The translations under genes and the position numbers were made by a program. The notes under the pieces were generated by a model. It had not been told where the DNA came from and searched no databases. It saw nothing but the letters and a program-made list of their open reading frames with translations. A stretch of DNA of 32,694 nucleotides from Macrostomum lignano (Eukaryota): the NCBI GenBank assembly GCA_002269645.1, contig NIVC01002491.1, positions 182,154-214,847 on the forward strand, written 5' to 3'. Each line of letters opens with the position of its first letter. The first letter of the stretch is position 1. Positions 9,544 to 32,694 of the stretch are shown in pieces.

Positions 9544-10225
9544 TCCAAAGCCCCTAAAGCCTGTTCATACAGCTGCAGTAAAGAGAGACGTGGAGGCATC
9601 GGACTAGAGCTTCTTGCATTACAAACGTTTACGCTTATGCCATAGACAAAATCTGCGGGCAACACACTGACGATTCCTTAGGCCGTCTTGCCCGCGAAAT
9701 CGTGAGACAACATCCAGTCCTGGTATGTTCAGTGCAGGGTTTGGTTCTCGTAACCGGGAAGAACTGTCTCAATGCGGATTCCAAATTTACCGCATTGTAT
9801 CAGACATGACGCTTTTTTATGGTTGACATGACGCTTCTTTGATTCTTTTCTTTTAACGTTGAGTCTTTCTTCACTTTAAAAAAATCTTTCTAAAAAACTT
9901 ACACTAATAAAATTCGAATCCAGGTTCAGTCTGTTCACATCTAGGCTGGCTTTCATCGAATCGAAGACATGAATTGAAGCACTTATCAAGTCATTTTGAG
10001 TAGAAGTAATTATCAATCACACACGGATTGATGGATAGATAGTTAAAACCACTTTTAGCATAGCGGATGGACCTGAAAAGCCTGTTCACCCAATCGCCCA
10101 ATCAGAAGTCGCGAACAGTTATTAGCAGGCGATAAATCTCTCAAAATCAACTGAGCATTGAAGACTCTCTGAGCTGTCGCTCGAGCAGCCCAGTCTATAC
10201 TCACTAGTCTCAGCTCTGCGGCAGC

Positions 10226-32486
<22,261 letters not shown>

Positions 32487-32563
32487 CTCCCTGCGAACTC
32501 GCTCTTCTTGGACGTTTCAATTCCGAACTGGATTTTCTGACGGATCAGACATGCCTACTGATT

Positions 32564-32694
32564 TAATAAGCCAGAGGCTACCAATATTAATAAGCCAGAG
32601 GCTACCAATATTAATAAGCCAGAGGCTACCAATATTAATAAGCCAGAGGCTACCAATATTAATAAGCCAGAGGCTACCAATATTAATAAGCCAG
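32564..32694. repeat. 24-bp minisatellite (TAATAAGCCAGAGGCTACCAATAT), 5 or more copies, running off the window end
   Basis: Identical units at 32564, 32588 and onward. Confidence 0.95.

Noticed and set aside
10090-10225. Two CCAAT boxes and an acceptor-like TCTCAG 13 nt before the GPCR ATG (possible promoter or trans-splice site)
   Set aside because: Short motifs that are common by chance and cannot be supported without 5'-end transcript data.

Overview
This window is eukaryotic (animal) genomic DNA, not prokaryotic. It has GC-rich spliced exons with GT-AG introns, and most long introns are filled by their own tandem repeat. That texture resembles minisatellite-rich flatworm genomes such as Macrostomum, but this is an inference and cannot be tested here. 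Left to right: (1) the last four exons of a gene for a protein with a long low-complexity region and a C-terminal CAP-Gly domain (493..3879, +). (2) An intergenic mobile-element zone (about 5.0-9.7 kb) with decayed BEL/Pao LTR-retrotransposon fragments, several hairpin/inverted-repeat elements, and an intronless Crypton-type tyrosine recombinase ORF that keeps all six catalytic residues. (3) A complete 13-exon class C GPCR gene of the GABA-B-like type (signal peptide, Venus-flytrap domain, 7TM; 10226..32486, +; about 753 aa), with one clear and one probable frameshift near its 3' end. Its introns hold a 2.1-kb (TTAG)n tract, an 11.4-kb 32-bp satellite, an internally deleted Tc1/IS630-like transposon and several minisatellites. 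The most striking observation is that the 32-bp satellite is a tandem amplification of the exon 2/intron 2 junction. Each unit reads GTGAGA...CTAAAC...TCAG, so the intron is about 357 head-to-tail mini-intron-like units. A second intron of the same gene shows the same architecture with a 56-bp unit. All exon models were built by hand from splice signals, phase continuity and family motifs; no searches were run.
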